A stretch of DNA of 63,862 nucleotides, filler included. It is 11 parts of 11 records of this genome, joined end to end, with 100 filler letters (N's around TTAATTAATTAA, not from the genome) between each part and the next. Parts side by side here need not be neighbours in the genome. Positions count along the whole stretch, not along the records: positions 45,435 to 50,940 come from SRR7504441_11612; positions 51,041 to 59,666 come from SRR7504441_11619; 9 more parts are not named here. The stretch is one strand, 5' to 3'. Below the pieces are notes generated by a model, which was not told the DNA's origin, ran no database searches, and saw only the letters and a program-made list of their open reading frames with translations. Shown piece after piece: positions 46,863 to 56,472 of this stretch; position 1 is the stretch's first letter; each line of letters starts with the position of its first letter. The position numbers and the translations under genes were made by a program.

Positions 46863-47066
46863 GCATGGGTATAGATATATATCCTAAACCGAGCTTAGTT
46901 GCTCGCTTTTTGTACATTATTGTGTTATTGTATACATACTTAATTACGAGTATTCATATGAATGTGAAATCAAGCTTGAAATTGTAAAACGACTAAGTCT
47001 TGTAGGCGCGTACGTATGATGTACATACATCTCAGGTGGACAGGTCTGACCGTCCGACTGGATGGA

Positions 47067-47840
47067 TCAGGCCTCGTACGGCCAGTAGAGCACGCCCTCG
47101 CTGCCCTGCAGTTTGGTCTCGAGCAGCCACTTGAGGTTTTGCTCGTCGATTGTGCCGTTGCCGTCGACCAGCCTACGGAACTTGTAGTGGTGGAACATTG
47201 TTTCCGGCGTCCTCACCAGCAGCTCGCCCTCGTTCGCATCGTTCAGCGCCAGGTTTTTCCAGGGCGGCAGGATCCAGGTGTCCCGGTGCCACTCGCGCCC
47301 GGCCTGCTCCTTGTATATCCGCAGCTTGGCCCCCAGCCGGCCCTCGATGTCCAGCCAGTACGGCAGCCCGGTGCTCGAGCCGACCACCCGGCAGCCGGCT
47401 CCGTCCTCCAGCGGCTTGTTCCGCCCGCCGGGGCAGATGAACCTGTTTCTGTACCGGGCCAGCTTGACCATCTTGGCCAGCACGTATCCGTCCCCGTACG
47501 GACTGCCCGGTTCGGCCGGGTCGCCAGGGCCGGACTGGAAGGTGAGGTCCCACATGTCGCTATCGAACTGGATCTGGGTGCCGGCCTCGTTCTCGACCAG
47601 GTTGTAGCACCGGGACGAGTCCACCCAGAGCGCCGGCTTGAGCCCGTCGAACGCGAACACGCCCTTCATCGGAAAGTCAGCCCAGTCCGGGTGCTCGGCC
47701 AGCGGGCCGCGCATGCTCTCGCTCTCGAGGAACTGCCTGATCTCCGTATGCGGCATCAGCTCAGGCTGCGGCATCCGAGCGAACAGCACAGACACCCCGC
47801 ACGCCAGCGCGGCAACGCCCAGCCCGATCGAGAGTAACAT
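47067..47840 (-). CDS. Hypothetical secreted/type II membrane protein
   Basis: MLLSIGLGVAALACGVSVLFA followed by a globular-looking domain; intronless, with high GC at third codon positions. Confidence 0.7.
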   Translation of the reverse strand: MLLSIGLGVAALACGVSVLFARMPQPELMPHTEIRQFLESESMRGPLAEHPDWADFPMKGVFAFDGLKPALWVDSSRCYNLVENEAGTQIQFDSDMWDLTFQSGPGDPAEPGSPYGDGYVLAKMVKLARYRNRFICPGGRNKPLEDGAGCRVVGSSTGLPYWLDIEGRLGAKLRIYKEQAGREWHRDTWILPPWKNLALNDANEGELLVRTPETMFHHYKFRRLVDGNGTIDEQNLKWLLETKLQGSEGVLYWPYEA

Positions 47841-47894
47841 CCGGCCGCGCTGTCGGCCGCGCAAAACGCGGCTGCGGTCCGCAGCTGCAGCTCG

Positions 47895-49358
47895 ATGGAC
47901 CGGCACTCGCTGCGCCAAGTGCTGCTGCTGATCCCGGCGCACAGCAGGGTGGCCGGCCGCCGGGGCGGGATGTTCGCGGTCTGCGCGCTGGTCTGCCGCG
48001 CCTGGCGGGAGGGTTGCGCAAGGCTGGCCGAGGATTGGCCGGTCCCGGCCGGCTTCTGTCCGGGCCCTCAGAGGGAGGTGGTCACGGTGCAGCTCGGGCA
48101 GGCCGGGAACCGGGTAGGGGCCCAGTTCTGGCGGGCGATAGGCCTGGAGCACCGGCTGGACCCGGAGAGCGGGGCGAGCGGGGACGGGGACTGCGAGCAG
48201 CTAGCGGTTTACTACCAGGAGGACGGCCGGGGCCGGTACCTGCCCCGGGCCGTGCTGGCCGATCTGGACCCCGCGGGGCTCGACCGGCACCGGGGGCAGC
48301 TGTACAGGAGGGACGGCCTGGTCACCGGGGCCGGCGGCGCGGCCAACAACTGGGCCAAAGCCCGATACGGCGACGGGGTGACAGAGCAGGTACTCGACTG
48401 CGTCAGGCGGGAGGCCGAGCGGTGCGACAGCCTGCAGGGCTTCCAGCTGTGCCACGGGCTCGGAGGCGGCACCGGGAGCGGGCTCGGGGCCCGGCTGCTG
48501 GCCGGGCTGCGCGACGAGTTTGGGTCCAGGATAACTCTCAGCTTCCCGGTGCTGCCCTCGCCGACCGTATCGGACTGCGTGGTCGAGCCGTACAATGCGG
48601 TGCTGTCGATGCCCAGCTTGATTGGGTCGGCCGACGGGTGCGTGCCGCTGGACAACCAGGCCCTGCACCAGCTGTGCCGGTCCTGGCTGCCCGACCCAGC
48701 CATGGGCGACCTGAACAGGTTGGCAGCTCGGGCAATGGCCGAGGCCACCTGCTCGATCAGGTTCCGGTGCGGGCTCTCGCCGGACCTGCGCAAGCTGGCC
48801 GCCAACCTCTGCCCGTTCGCGCGGGGGCACTTCCTCTCGTGCTCGCTCGCCCCGCTCACAGCGCAGGCTGTTCCACCGCACACGATCGAGATGCGAGCTC
48901 AGCTGTTCAACCGCAGCCACTTTGTGTCGGGGATAGACCCCAGGCACGGCCGGTTCCTGGCGCTGCAGACCATGGACAGAGGTCAAGTGTCGTTTGAAGA
49001 GCTGGCGACCAGGCTCCTCTCGCGAAACTCATCGCTGTTCGTCGAGTGGATCCCAAACTTGACCAAAAGCGCCTACTGCCGCGTGCCGCCGCCGGGGCTC
49101 CAGAAATCCGTTAGCCTGCTGGGCAACTCAACTGCCATCCAGGAGGTGCTCAGGCGGCTCGCTGCCCAGTTTAGCGCTTTGCACAACCGTAGGGCGTTTC
49201 TGCACTGGTACACCGCAGAAGGGATGGACGAGCTTGAGTTTGCCGTTGCGGAGAGCGAGCTCGCCAGCCTGATGGATGAGTACCAGGTCTGGCAGGACGC
49301 CACAGCAGACGACACCGACGACGAATCGTGGTTATCTGATTCATCTTTCGATTACTGA
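47895..49358 (+). CDS. TUBB: F-box-like motif fused to a divergent beta-tubulin
   Basis: aa 1-45 SLRQVLLLIP..AVCALVCRAWRE. From 48072: REVVTVQLGQAGN, NNWAK, GGGTGSG, VVEPYN, DLRKLAANL, DPRHGR, FVEWIPN and AFLHWYTAEGMDELEF..EYQ..QDAT (beta-type). Confidence 0.92.
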   Translation: MDRHSLRQVLLLIPAHSRVAGRRGGMFAVCALVCRAWREGCARLAEDWPVPAGFCPGPQREVVTVQLGQAGNRVGAQFWRAIGLEHRLDPESGASGDGDCEQLAVYYQEDGRGRYLPRAVLADLDPAGLDRHRGQLYRRDGLVTGAGGAANNWAKARYGDGVTEQVLDCVRREAERCDSLQGFQLCHGLGGGTGSGLGARLLAGLRDEFGSRITLSFPVLPSPTVSDCVVEPYNAVLSMPSLIGSADGCVPLDNQALHQLCRSWLPDPAMGDLNRLAARAMAEATCSIRFRCGLSPDLRKLAANLCPFARGHFLSCSLAPLTAQAVPPHTIEMRAQLFNRSHFVSGIDPRHGRFLALQTMDRGQVSFEELATRLLSRNSSLFVEWIPNLTKSAYCRVPPPGLQKSVSLLGNSTAIQEVLRRLAAQFSALHNRRAFLHWYTAEGMDELEFAVAESELASLMDEYQVWQDATADDTDDESWLSDSSFDY

Positions 49359-49618
49359 TACTCCATTTTACGAGTAGATACCCGATCGAGTACTTGTGGG
49401 GTAAGATTCCTAAGTCTCGTCAACAGAATTAAGGCATCGGCTACTAATCAGTTACTAATCGGCTGTATATTATTAATCAGGTCGCACGTTAGTTACAGGA
49501 GAGTGTCGGGAGCGCGGGAGTTCGCACAAAAACCGCGTCAACGAAGAAGGAGAGCCTCAACTGACTGCAACGGAATACCGTTCGGAGCCGAGCGGATCTT
49601 CACACGTCCCGCCAAGAG

Positions 49619-50940
49619 ATGGAGGAGAACCTGCTGAGCGAGGTCGAGATGCAGCAGGCGGGCGGGGTTGAGCCGAGCTCTTCGGGCGCCGGCTCCGGGC
49701 TCTCCCAATGGAGCTGGATCGGCAAGCTGGGGCTCGGGCTCGGGTTGGTCGGGCTCTCGGTCGGGCTGGTGGTGGCTGCAGCCACCCGAGACCAGCCGAG
49801 CCGCTCGCCGGCTACATATGACCCTGAGCTGCTCCAGGGGCTGGTACTCTGGCAGCTGAGCAATATGTTCTATCCAACCCAGATGTATGACGCCCCGCCG
49901 GTTGGCCCCGCGACGACTGGCACCCCAGGGGGGGGAGGGAAGGGCGGGATGTATAACGCGCCGGGGGTCGCTCGGTACGAAAAGGTCAAGAACCAAGCCG
50001 CCCCAATTTTGGCCAGAGGCGGGCACGACGCGCTGGGCTCGGCGGGCTTGAGCTCGCTCATTGTGGACCAATCCGCTGATGGGCCGCGCTGGGCGGTGAT
50101 CGACCTCGACTCCGACGCCGGGCGCATGGTCATATTCCGAGGAAGCACCACGGCGGCGGATGCCGCCATCGACAACAGCAAGACAGTTCTTCCTGCGGCT
50201 GGGGGGCTGCCGGCATTACACCTGGCCGCCAACGATCGGCTCATGCAGGCCCAGCCGCTGTGGGACGCTCTCAGCCGGGGCAGAACGTCCAAACTGTACG
50301 TGGCTGGCCATTCTCTTGGCGGCGAGCTTGCTATGATCCTGTACGTCCAACTCAAGATCGGGCAAAGCGCTCAGGCCAAGCAGGTGCTCGCAGCCGTGCG
50401 CGGCCCGATAGAGGTGACTGTATTTGGCGCCTCCCCGCCGTTCCGCTCGAAGCCAACCGGTCGAGTGGCCGATGTGCTCAAACTGGTGCGCTTGTATGTG
50501 AACAACTATGACTTCGTTCCTCGGATGGGCCAGACTTTTGGGCCGCTTGTGAGCCCTGGGACCACCTCTAAGGTTGTGCTAGCTCTTGAAAATTACTCAC
50601 ACGAAAATGGGGGAGACTACGACCCGTGGTACGGCCCAGTGGATGTCTGGTGGATGCAAGGCAGGGGGCCAGTCGGCGGTGGACAGGTCAAGCTGCACCG
50701 CTCGTATCAGCACCAGCTTCACTACTCGTCGCCAGCCGAGATGGGCCTGACTGCAGCCGACCCCCCACCGCCCAAATGCCCGCCTCGCGCCAAATGGAAG
50801 CCAGATCAACTGGCCTGGGTGGCAAGGAGTGAAGAAGAGTGCCTGCCGGAAGGCACCTCCGTATTCGCCAAATCCATAGCTGAGATACTGATATACACGC
50901 TGAAGAAAGTGTACAACTACGACGCGGACCCCAAACTGAT
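49619..50940 (+). CDS. Class 3 lipase with N-terminal TM anchor, 3'-partial
   Basis: VIFRGS, YVAGHSLGG, VFGASP and NNYDFVPR motifs. Confidence 0.9.
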
Positions 50941-51040
50941 NNNNNNNNNNNNNNNNNNNNNNNNNNNNNNNNNNNNNNNNNNNNTTAATTAATTAANNNN
51001 NNNNNNNNNNNNNNNNNNNNNNNNNNNNNNNNNNNNNNNN
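50941..51040. other. Artificial contig spacer
   Basis: N44-TTAATTAATTAA-N44. Confidence 0.99.
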
Positions 51041-51720
51041 GCTCGAGCAGAGCAGAGCGCACCAGTGGGTGAAGAGCATGGGCAACCTGTTCGAGAACGA
51101 CTTTGTGTTCATCCCAGTGCACCAGAACCTGCACTGGAGCCTGGCTGTGGTCGGCCGGCTGTCTTGCAGCTACTCACTCGGGGTTGAAGGTGTGCTACCC
51201 TGGCAACGTGACTCGAGTGCCGGAGGACGGCGAGGACGCCACGCAGTGCCGGATCATATATATGGACTCTCTCGGCCGGCGGGGCACGGAGGTGGGTGGC
51301 TGGCCGGGCGCGGCTGAGCTCAGGGCAGGTGATGAAGCGAGTGCGAAGGTTTCTCAGCCTCGAGTGGCTGCACCAGCATCCGAAACAGACGACCAATGCC
51401 TTCACTGCTGTCACGTGCAAGGGCGTCTGCCCCAAGGCAGCCCCACAGGGGAGCGGTGGCTGAGTGGCAGACAGGTGCCGGTGCAGAGCAACGACTGGGA
51501 CTGCGGGCTGTTTGTGCTGGAATACGCCGAGCGGTTTGCATCCGACCCAGGGACCGTGATCAGTAGGATCGTGGCGGCTGATGCCAAGGGCAAGGGGACG
51601 GCCAACCTGATTGACTGGTTCGACGGGGGCGAGGTGCAGAGGGACAAGAGGACGCACATCATCCACCTGCTCGATGAGTTGGCCAACGGCCATCAAGAGG
51701 ACGCAGAGGCCCTCAATTAA
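51041..51720 (+). CDS. Ulp1/SENP (peptidase C48) C-terminal part, 5'-partial
   Basis: FVFIPVHQNLHWSLAV, IIYMDSL and VPVQSNDWDCGLFVLEY (His-Asp-Gln-Cys). Confidence 0.9.
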
Positions 51721-51945
51721 TGCTCAGCTCGTGATTTACCGGCCGGGTGGCCATATACTCGAGTTGCCGATAATAAACTTCGTTCGTTCTACCACGTATT
51801 GTCACTAGCACGTTCGGCGCAGATAGATCGAAGATCTAGAACTGTATACTCTATTGTCTATCAATTGTCTACAGCTACTCTAATACAAGTTTGTACTCAT
51901 GATCACGCGTACGTATGAGTATTCGCAGATCTCTCGATCTTGAAA

Positions 51946-52638
51946 TCATAATCGCGAGGCCACCACTTGGCTCGCACTGGCATTCCACTTCGGGGGCGAC
52001 AGCGAGTCCTCCTCCACTGTGAATATGCCCAGGATCTTGTCCCCGATAAACTGGTTGTTCTTGTCGAACAGCGGCCAAACCGCCGACAGCCCAGCCGTCA
52101 CCCCCAGGAAAAAATTGCGGACGACCAGGACATTGAATAGATACTTGAGCACCCCGAGTGGCTCCCAGTGTCGGGATCCGTCCAGCCGCTCGTTGATCAC
52201 GATCTGCCGGATTCCCATAAGCCATTTGCCCAGGCTCGCCCCCCGTGCTATGAAGAAGAGCGTGGCCGCCGCGTTCGCAAGCACCCACGCCCAGGCCCCC
52301 CGCCGCGCCCCGCCCACCAGCCCCGGCAACCAGCTGGCGTATACCACGGCCCCGTCCGCCCCGAAGGCCATGATTCGCTTCCATAATGGAGCGAGCACCG
52401 GTACTCCCTGGCTCTGCTGGATCGCTATGCAGGCGGCCGGCTCCAGGCCTGGCCCGCGCCAGGGAAGCTTGCGGCTGTAGTCTCGGGAGGGCCGCTGGCC
52501 TCCGCGCAGGCACTCGCGCAGCTGGAGCGCGAAGTCAGGCCCAGTCGCGCTTGCAGGCATGGCGCAGTCGCGCTTGCAGGTCGCAGCAACCGACCTGGCG
52601 GTCCAATTTGCTAAGCCACAACGGACATCTGAAGCCAT
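51946..52638 (-). CDS. RDD-family membrane protein
   Basis: APLWKRIMAFGAD, GASLGKWLMGIR and DKNNQFIGDKILG. Start is uncertain. Confidence 0.85.
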   Translation of the reverse strand: MASDVRCGLANWTARSVAATCKRDCAMPASATGPDFALQLRECLRGGQRPSRDYSRKLPWRGPGLEPAACIAIQQSQGVPVLAPLWKRIMAFGADGAVVYASWLPGLVGGARRGAWAWVLANAAATLFFIARGASLGKWLMGIRQIVINERLDGSRHWEPLGVLKYLFNVLVVRNFFLGVTAGLSAVWPLFDKNNQFIGDKILGIFTVEEDSLSPPKWNASASQVVASRL

Positions 52639-52676
52639 TTCTGGCAGTGGCGGGAACACGTCGGCGGGTGGCCGTG

Positions 52677-53981
52677 ATGCCGGCGCAAACCCGGCGCAAG
52701 TTCCTGCCGACGCTGGAGCAGCGGCGGGCGACCCATCCTCACAGCAAGCTGGTCCGCCGCCCGCTGCTACCCGGCGAGCTTTGCCAGATGCCTCGAGGAA
52801 TTCGGAGCCACATCTGGCCGCCGATCGAGCCCCGGATACAGGCGCCACCAGCGCCCCCTGGCTGATCTGATCGGCCGCAGCTGCCCAGGTTTCGGGACCC
52901 GGCGGCTGGCGTGTTCGATGAGGTCAAGTTCCGCGACCTGCACAACTATATCCAGCACAAGCTCAGGCGAGGCGGCTGCTGCCGGGAGCCCCAATCGCCT
53001 GCAGGGAGGCGCTCAACCTGGCGGCCGACACTGGCGGCGAGCTGGAGGAGCTGCTGCCAAGCTCAGCGCTGACGGCGACGGCCTGCCACTGTTTGCAGGT
53101 CGGTTGCTGCTCAGGGCGGCCAAGCGAGCTGGTGCAGGTGCTCAGCAAAGACGGGAGCCCGCAGCTGGCGGGGCAGCTCAAAGTGATTCTCGACCTGCTG
53201 ATTCCAGGTGGCCCAACTCGCATCGAATCCAGCCGATCACCGTGGGGCAGCGCTGTACCCGCACGCGGATGGGATTGGCGCTGCACGGGGGAAAGTTGCC
53301 TTCGAGCAGCTGGACACGTTCTTCGTGGAATGCCGACGGGTGAGCGGCAGCCCAGGGTCAGTTCAACCGGTCGGGGCAGCTCAAGGAGGCAGCTTCACGG
53401 GCTAGTGTCGAGTCTGAGAGCACTATACATCAGCTGCGTCAGGAGAACGAGCTGCTCACACTGCAGGTGCAGCGCTGTTGGGCACAGCCGGTGACAGTCT
53501 GGTAGGTGAAACAGATGGAACGCCAGCTCGAGACTGAAACGATCCAGCGACAGCTAGTCTCTCAAGACATTTTACACCATCGCCAGTCAAGATCGAGACA
53601 ATATTTGAGCAATGGTTGCTAATCGAGAGCGAACTATTGGAAGAAGAGGCTGTTCGAGTCACTGCTGTGCTTGCCGATGTCAGATCAATCACAGGTTTGC
53701 TGGCGTGGGGCTAGCGCTGATGTTTCTTTGTAGGTCACGAGCCACTCATTGGTGCCAAGCGCCCGCCAGAGGACTATCGACTAATGCCACGTTCCGAGTG
53801 CTCAGAGTTTACGAAACGGCTGGCGCCTTTTGTGCTCCTTGGTCCACTTTCAAGTGTGCTGGGGGCACTACCGGATCCTAGCGACTACCCGTCATTGATT
53901 AAGGTGTGGACGGAGCAAGAGATTTTGCACGACAACGAAGCTAGTGCGCACGACGAATTAGCGAATTTCACTAACAAATAA
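52677..53981 (+). CDS. Hypothetical multi-intron protein
   Basis: MPAQTRRKFLPTLEQ.. joined via GC-AG introns 52842-52880 and 52967-53004; last exon is ORF 53784-53981. Middle exons are uncertain. Confidence 0.5.
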
Positions 53982-54079
53982 TGGATATAGAGTTGTACTT
54001 AGAACGTGATCAAAACACATAGGTAAGGCAGGCCGTGGATGGCATACTCGAGTGAAATGTCATGCGTATGGGCTGTGAA

Positions 54080-54739
54080 CTATCGGTGGGCCGTGCACTT
54101 CCGTGCGCTCGGTGCTTGGGACCAAGACGGCTCGCCCTCGGCCCGCACACCCTGTGTGTCGATGAACAGTGCGGTCCCGTCGTTGTGACGCACCGCGCCG
54201 TCTAGCGACCGCACCTCGAATGATAGCCAGCTCCTTCTTCCCTCCACCCGCTCCACTGATGCCTCCACGCAGACTGTGCTCCCTGCGGGCACCAGCTTCC
54301 TGTAATTGACGCTCAAGTTGGCTGTCACTATGTACTTTCTGGCGGCCCTGTACGCCACCCAGCCCATGAAAGCATCCACTACAGTTGCCGTGCATCCTCC
54401 ATGCACCGCGCGGGGCGGGCCTTCGGTGTCGGCCCCATACCTTACAAGCGCGCGCCCTGTCCGGCTGGGCTGGTGCCAGGCGTACTGCCGGGTGACCCTA
54501 CGCGGCTGGTTCGGGCCCAACCAGTTGCGGCAAGGCGGAGCTGCCTGGACAAGTTCGTACCCCTCCGCGGCCCAGCTGTCGAGCAGCCGTCGCTCGGCAG
54601 AATCCCAGCCGTCGCGCGACCAGCCGGGGCGCTCAGGTCCGAACCAGATAGGCAGCCGGCCGGTGAGCACCCCGAGCACGTAGCAGCCAGCCGCCCCGAG
54701 CAGCAGCCCGGCAACACCGGCAGCTATCAGCTCCAGCAT
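54080..54739 (-). CDS. Hotdog-fold (PaaI/THEM4-like) acyl-CoA thioesterase with N-terminal TM
   Basis: EGPPRAVHGGCTATVVD and TANLSVNYRKLVP. Confidence 0.9.
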   Translation of the reverse strand: MLELIAAGVAGLLLGAAGCYVLGVLTGRLPIWFGPERPGWSRDGWDSAERRLLDSWAAEGYELVQAAPPCRNWLGPNQPRRVTRQYAWHQPSRTGRALVRYGADTEGPPRAVHGGCTATVVDAFMGWVAYRAARKYIVTANLSVNYRKLVPAGSTVCVEASVERVEGRRSWLSFEVRSLDGAVRHNDGTALFIDTQGVRAEGEPSWSQAPSARKCTAHR

Positions 54740-55020
54740 CGAGCACAGCAGTGTTGGGTGATGACGTTTGCAGTTCCGCGCAGCTGCAGAGATAAGCGCG
54801 ATGTCGTGATGTAAATCATGCAAGCAGGCCTTAATGCAAGCTTGGTCGAGATGCTATATAGAGCGCTGTTGCAGTAGATCTGTACGTAGCTACTTGGGTT
54901 TACTTGCGCTATACTCACGCTATACTCTGGAAAATACTCTGGATTAAATTGGACGCCACTAGCTCGGCACTTTTGCTGTGAGCATCCGTGCAGCCCGAGC
55001 AAGCCGCCGCTACTCGGTGT

Positions 55021-56358
55021 TTACTTCTGGCCAGCAGCTTCAGATTTTGCGTACGGTTTCTGGTGGCCGCTACCTTCGGCCTTTTGCATGTCCTCAGCTG
55101 TCAAGAAGATCTCAACCAGCGGCCCAAAGCTCACTTCTGGCGCCAAGTCGTGCGAGAGCAGCTCGTGCGCGTCGTCTGCAAAATCCTTGGGGAGGTAGGC
55201 GTCGGAGCAGCGCGACCCAAGCCTCCATCCTGCCTTGTACATCAGTACTGCGGCCAGCTCGGAGCAGAAGAGGCTGTCCTCCGCGGCTTGCTTCTGCTCC
55301 TCTGTTCTCGAATCGCCCGCCTGCGAGAGCTTGCAGCAGCACGGGCAGGCGGCATTCCAGCAGTCCGAATCCTGGTGGGTAGCAGCCCCGATAATGGTCC
55401 CAGCGTCCTCCTCGTATGACCGGCCAATGAACTTGACACACTCTTGATTCCACTCCTCAAAGTTCAGAGGCTTTCGGAGCTGCCGGCATTTGACCGGTTC
55501 ATCCTTAATCTCGCCCACGCAGGCGCAGCTTGAGTTCCTGTTCACCATGTGCTCAAGCTCCACCTCGACAACATCTTTTCGCTTTGCCTCATACGCCTCC
55601 ATCTTACTGCTGCTTGGCTCGAGCAAGTCGTACACAATCTTCTTCTTCTTCTCGCCGTTCTTGGTAGCATACCACTGCCGCGGGTAGTAGTCCCGCGTCA
55701 GCTGGCGCGAGTAACTCCCATCGTCGTTCTTCCTCCGCTGCACGGTCGGGATCGGAGCGGGCAGCGTGGTGCCTGTTTTGGGGTCAAACTCAGTGGGCTC
55801 CCCCTCCATCGGAGGCCGGTTGAGCCGGCGATAGAACAGCGACCCGCCGCTCCGGAGCACGTCCCGGACCACGACCAGCAGCGGGTCGCAGATCACGTGC
55901 GGAGAGAGCGCTTCGAGGAGGTGCGGGCCCTCGAGGTCGATGTCCAGTTTGTACGGCGGGGTCTTCTGCTTGGCCGGCTGCTGGGTGGCCGTGTGGCAGA
56001 CGATCCCGACGTGGTCAAAGTCGGACCGGGTGCAGCACCGGATGCAGCAGGTCCCGATCGAGCACGGGTTGGCGAACAAGATCAGGTCCCCGCACCGCAC
56101 CTCCTGGAGCAGCTGCGCCATGGTTATCTTGTTAAAGTACCGGCAGGTGTTGCACTTGGAGCAGCACCCGAAGCAACAGTCGGCCTTGCCCCCCGGCTTG
56201 CCGTCGTGGTAGTGAAAGATATCTGGCTCCTCGTCTCGAACAGTCGGCCCGCTCCCCACATGCTGCAACTCGACCTGGCTTGGGGCGGCCCCCTCCGGAT
56301 GGGTTTCCTCTCCGCCCGGAGGGCCCACCCCCGAGTCAGGTCCAGTTGCAGCAGACAT
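55021..56358 (-). CDS. Permuted papain-like NlpC/P60 (YiiX/YebB-type) protein
   Basis: GDLILF, SDFDHVGIV (His), GRSYE, LFCSELAA (Cys) and YLPKDF, with Cys-rich stretches. Confidence 0.85.
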   Translation of the reverse strand: MSAATGPDSGVGPPGGEETHPEGAAPSQVELQHVGSGPTVRDEEPDIFHYHDGKPGGKADCCFGCCSKCNTCRYFNKITMAQLLQEVRCGDLILFANPCSIGTCCIRCCTRSDFDHVGIVCHTATQQPAKQKTPPYKLDIDLEGPHLLEALSPHVICDPLLVVVRDVLRSGGSLFYRRLNRPPMEGEPTEFDPKTGTTLPAPIPTVQRRKNDDGSYSRQLTRDYYPRQWYATKNGEKKKKIVYDLLEPSSSKMEAYEAKRKDVVEVELEHMVNRNSSCACVGEIKDEPVKCRQLRKPLNFEEWNQECVKFIGRSYEEDAGTIIGAATHQDSDCWNAACPCCCKLSQAGDSRTEEQKQAAEDSLFCSELAAVLMYKAGWRLGSRCSDAYLPKDFADDAHELLSHDLAPEVSFGPLVEIFLTAEDMQKAEGSGHQKPYAKSEAAGQK

Positions 56359-56472
56359 CCCTTGCAACACCAGCCCGCACGATGCGATGAGCTGTCCAAC
56401 CGACAAAATCCAGCTGCAGAGGGCCTCCGGTGCTGTGGGATAAGGCAACCAGCCGGAAGCGCTGCCAGGGAG

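Noticed and set aside
47949-48071. Possibility that the tubulin N-terminal extension is intronic
   Set aside because: No ATG|GT donor pairs with the AG at 48071. The in-frame GT..GAG option (47949-48011) lacks a branch motif and exceeds the local intron size.
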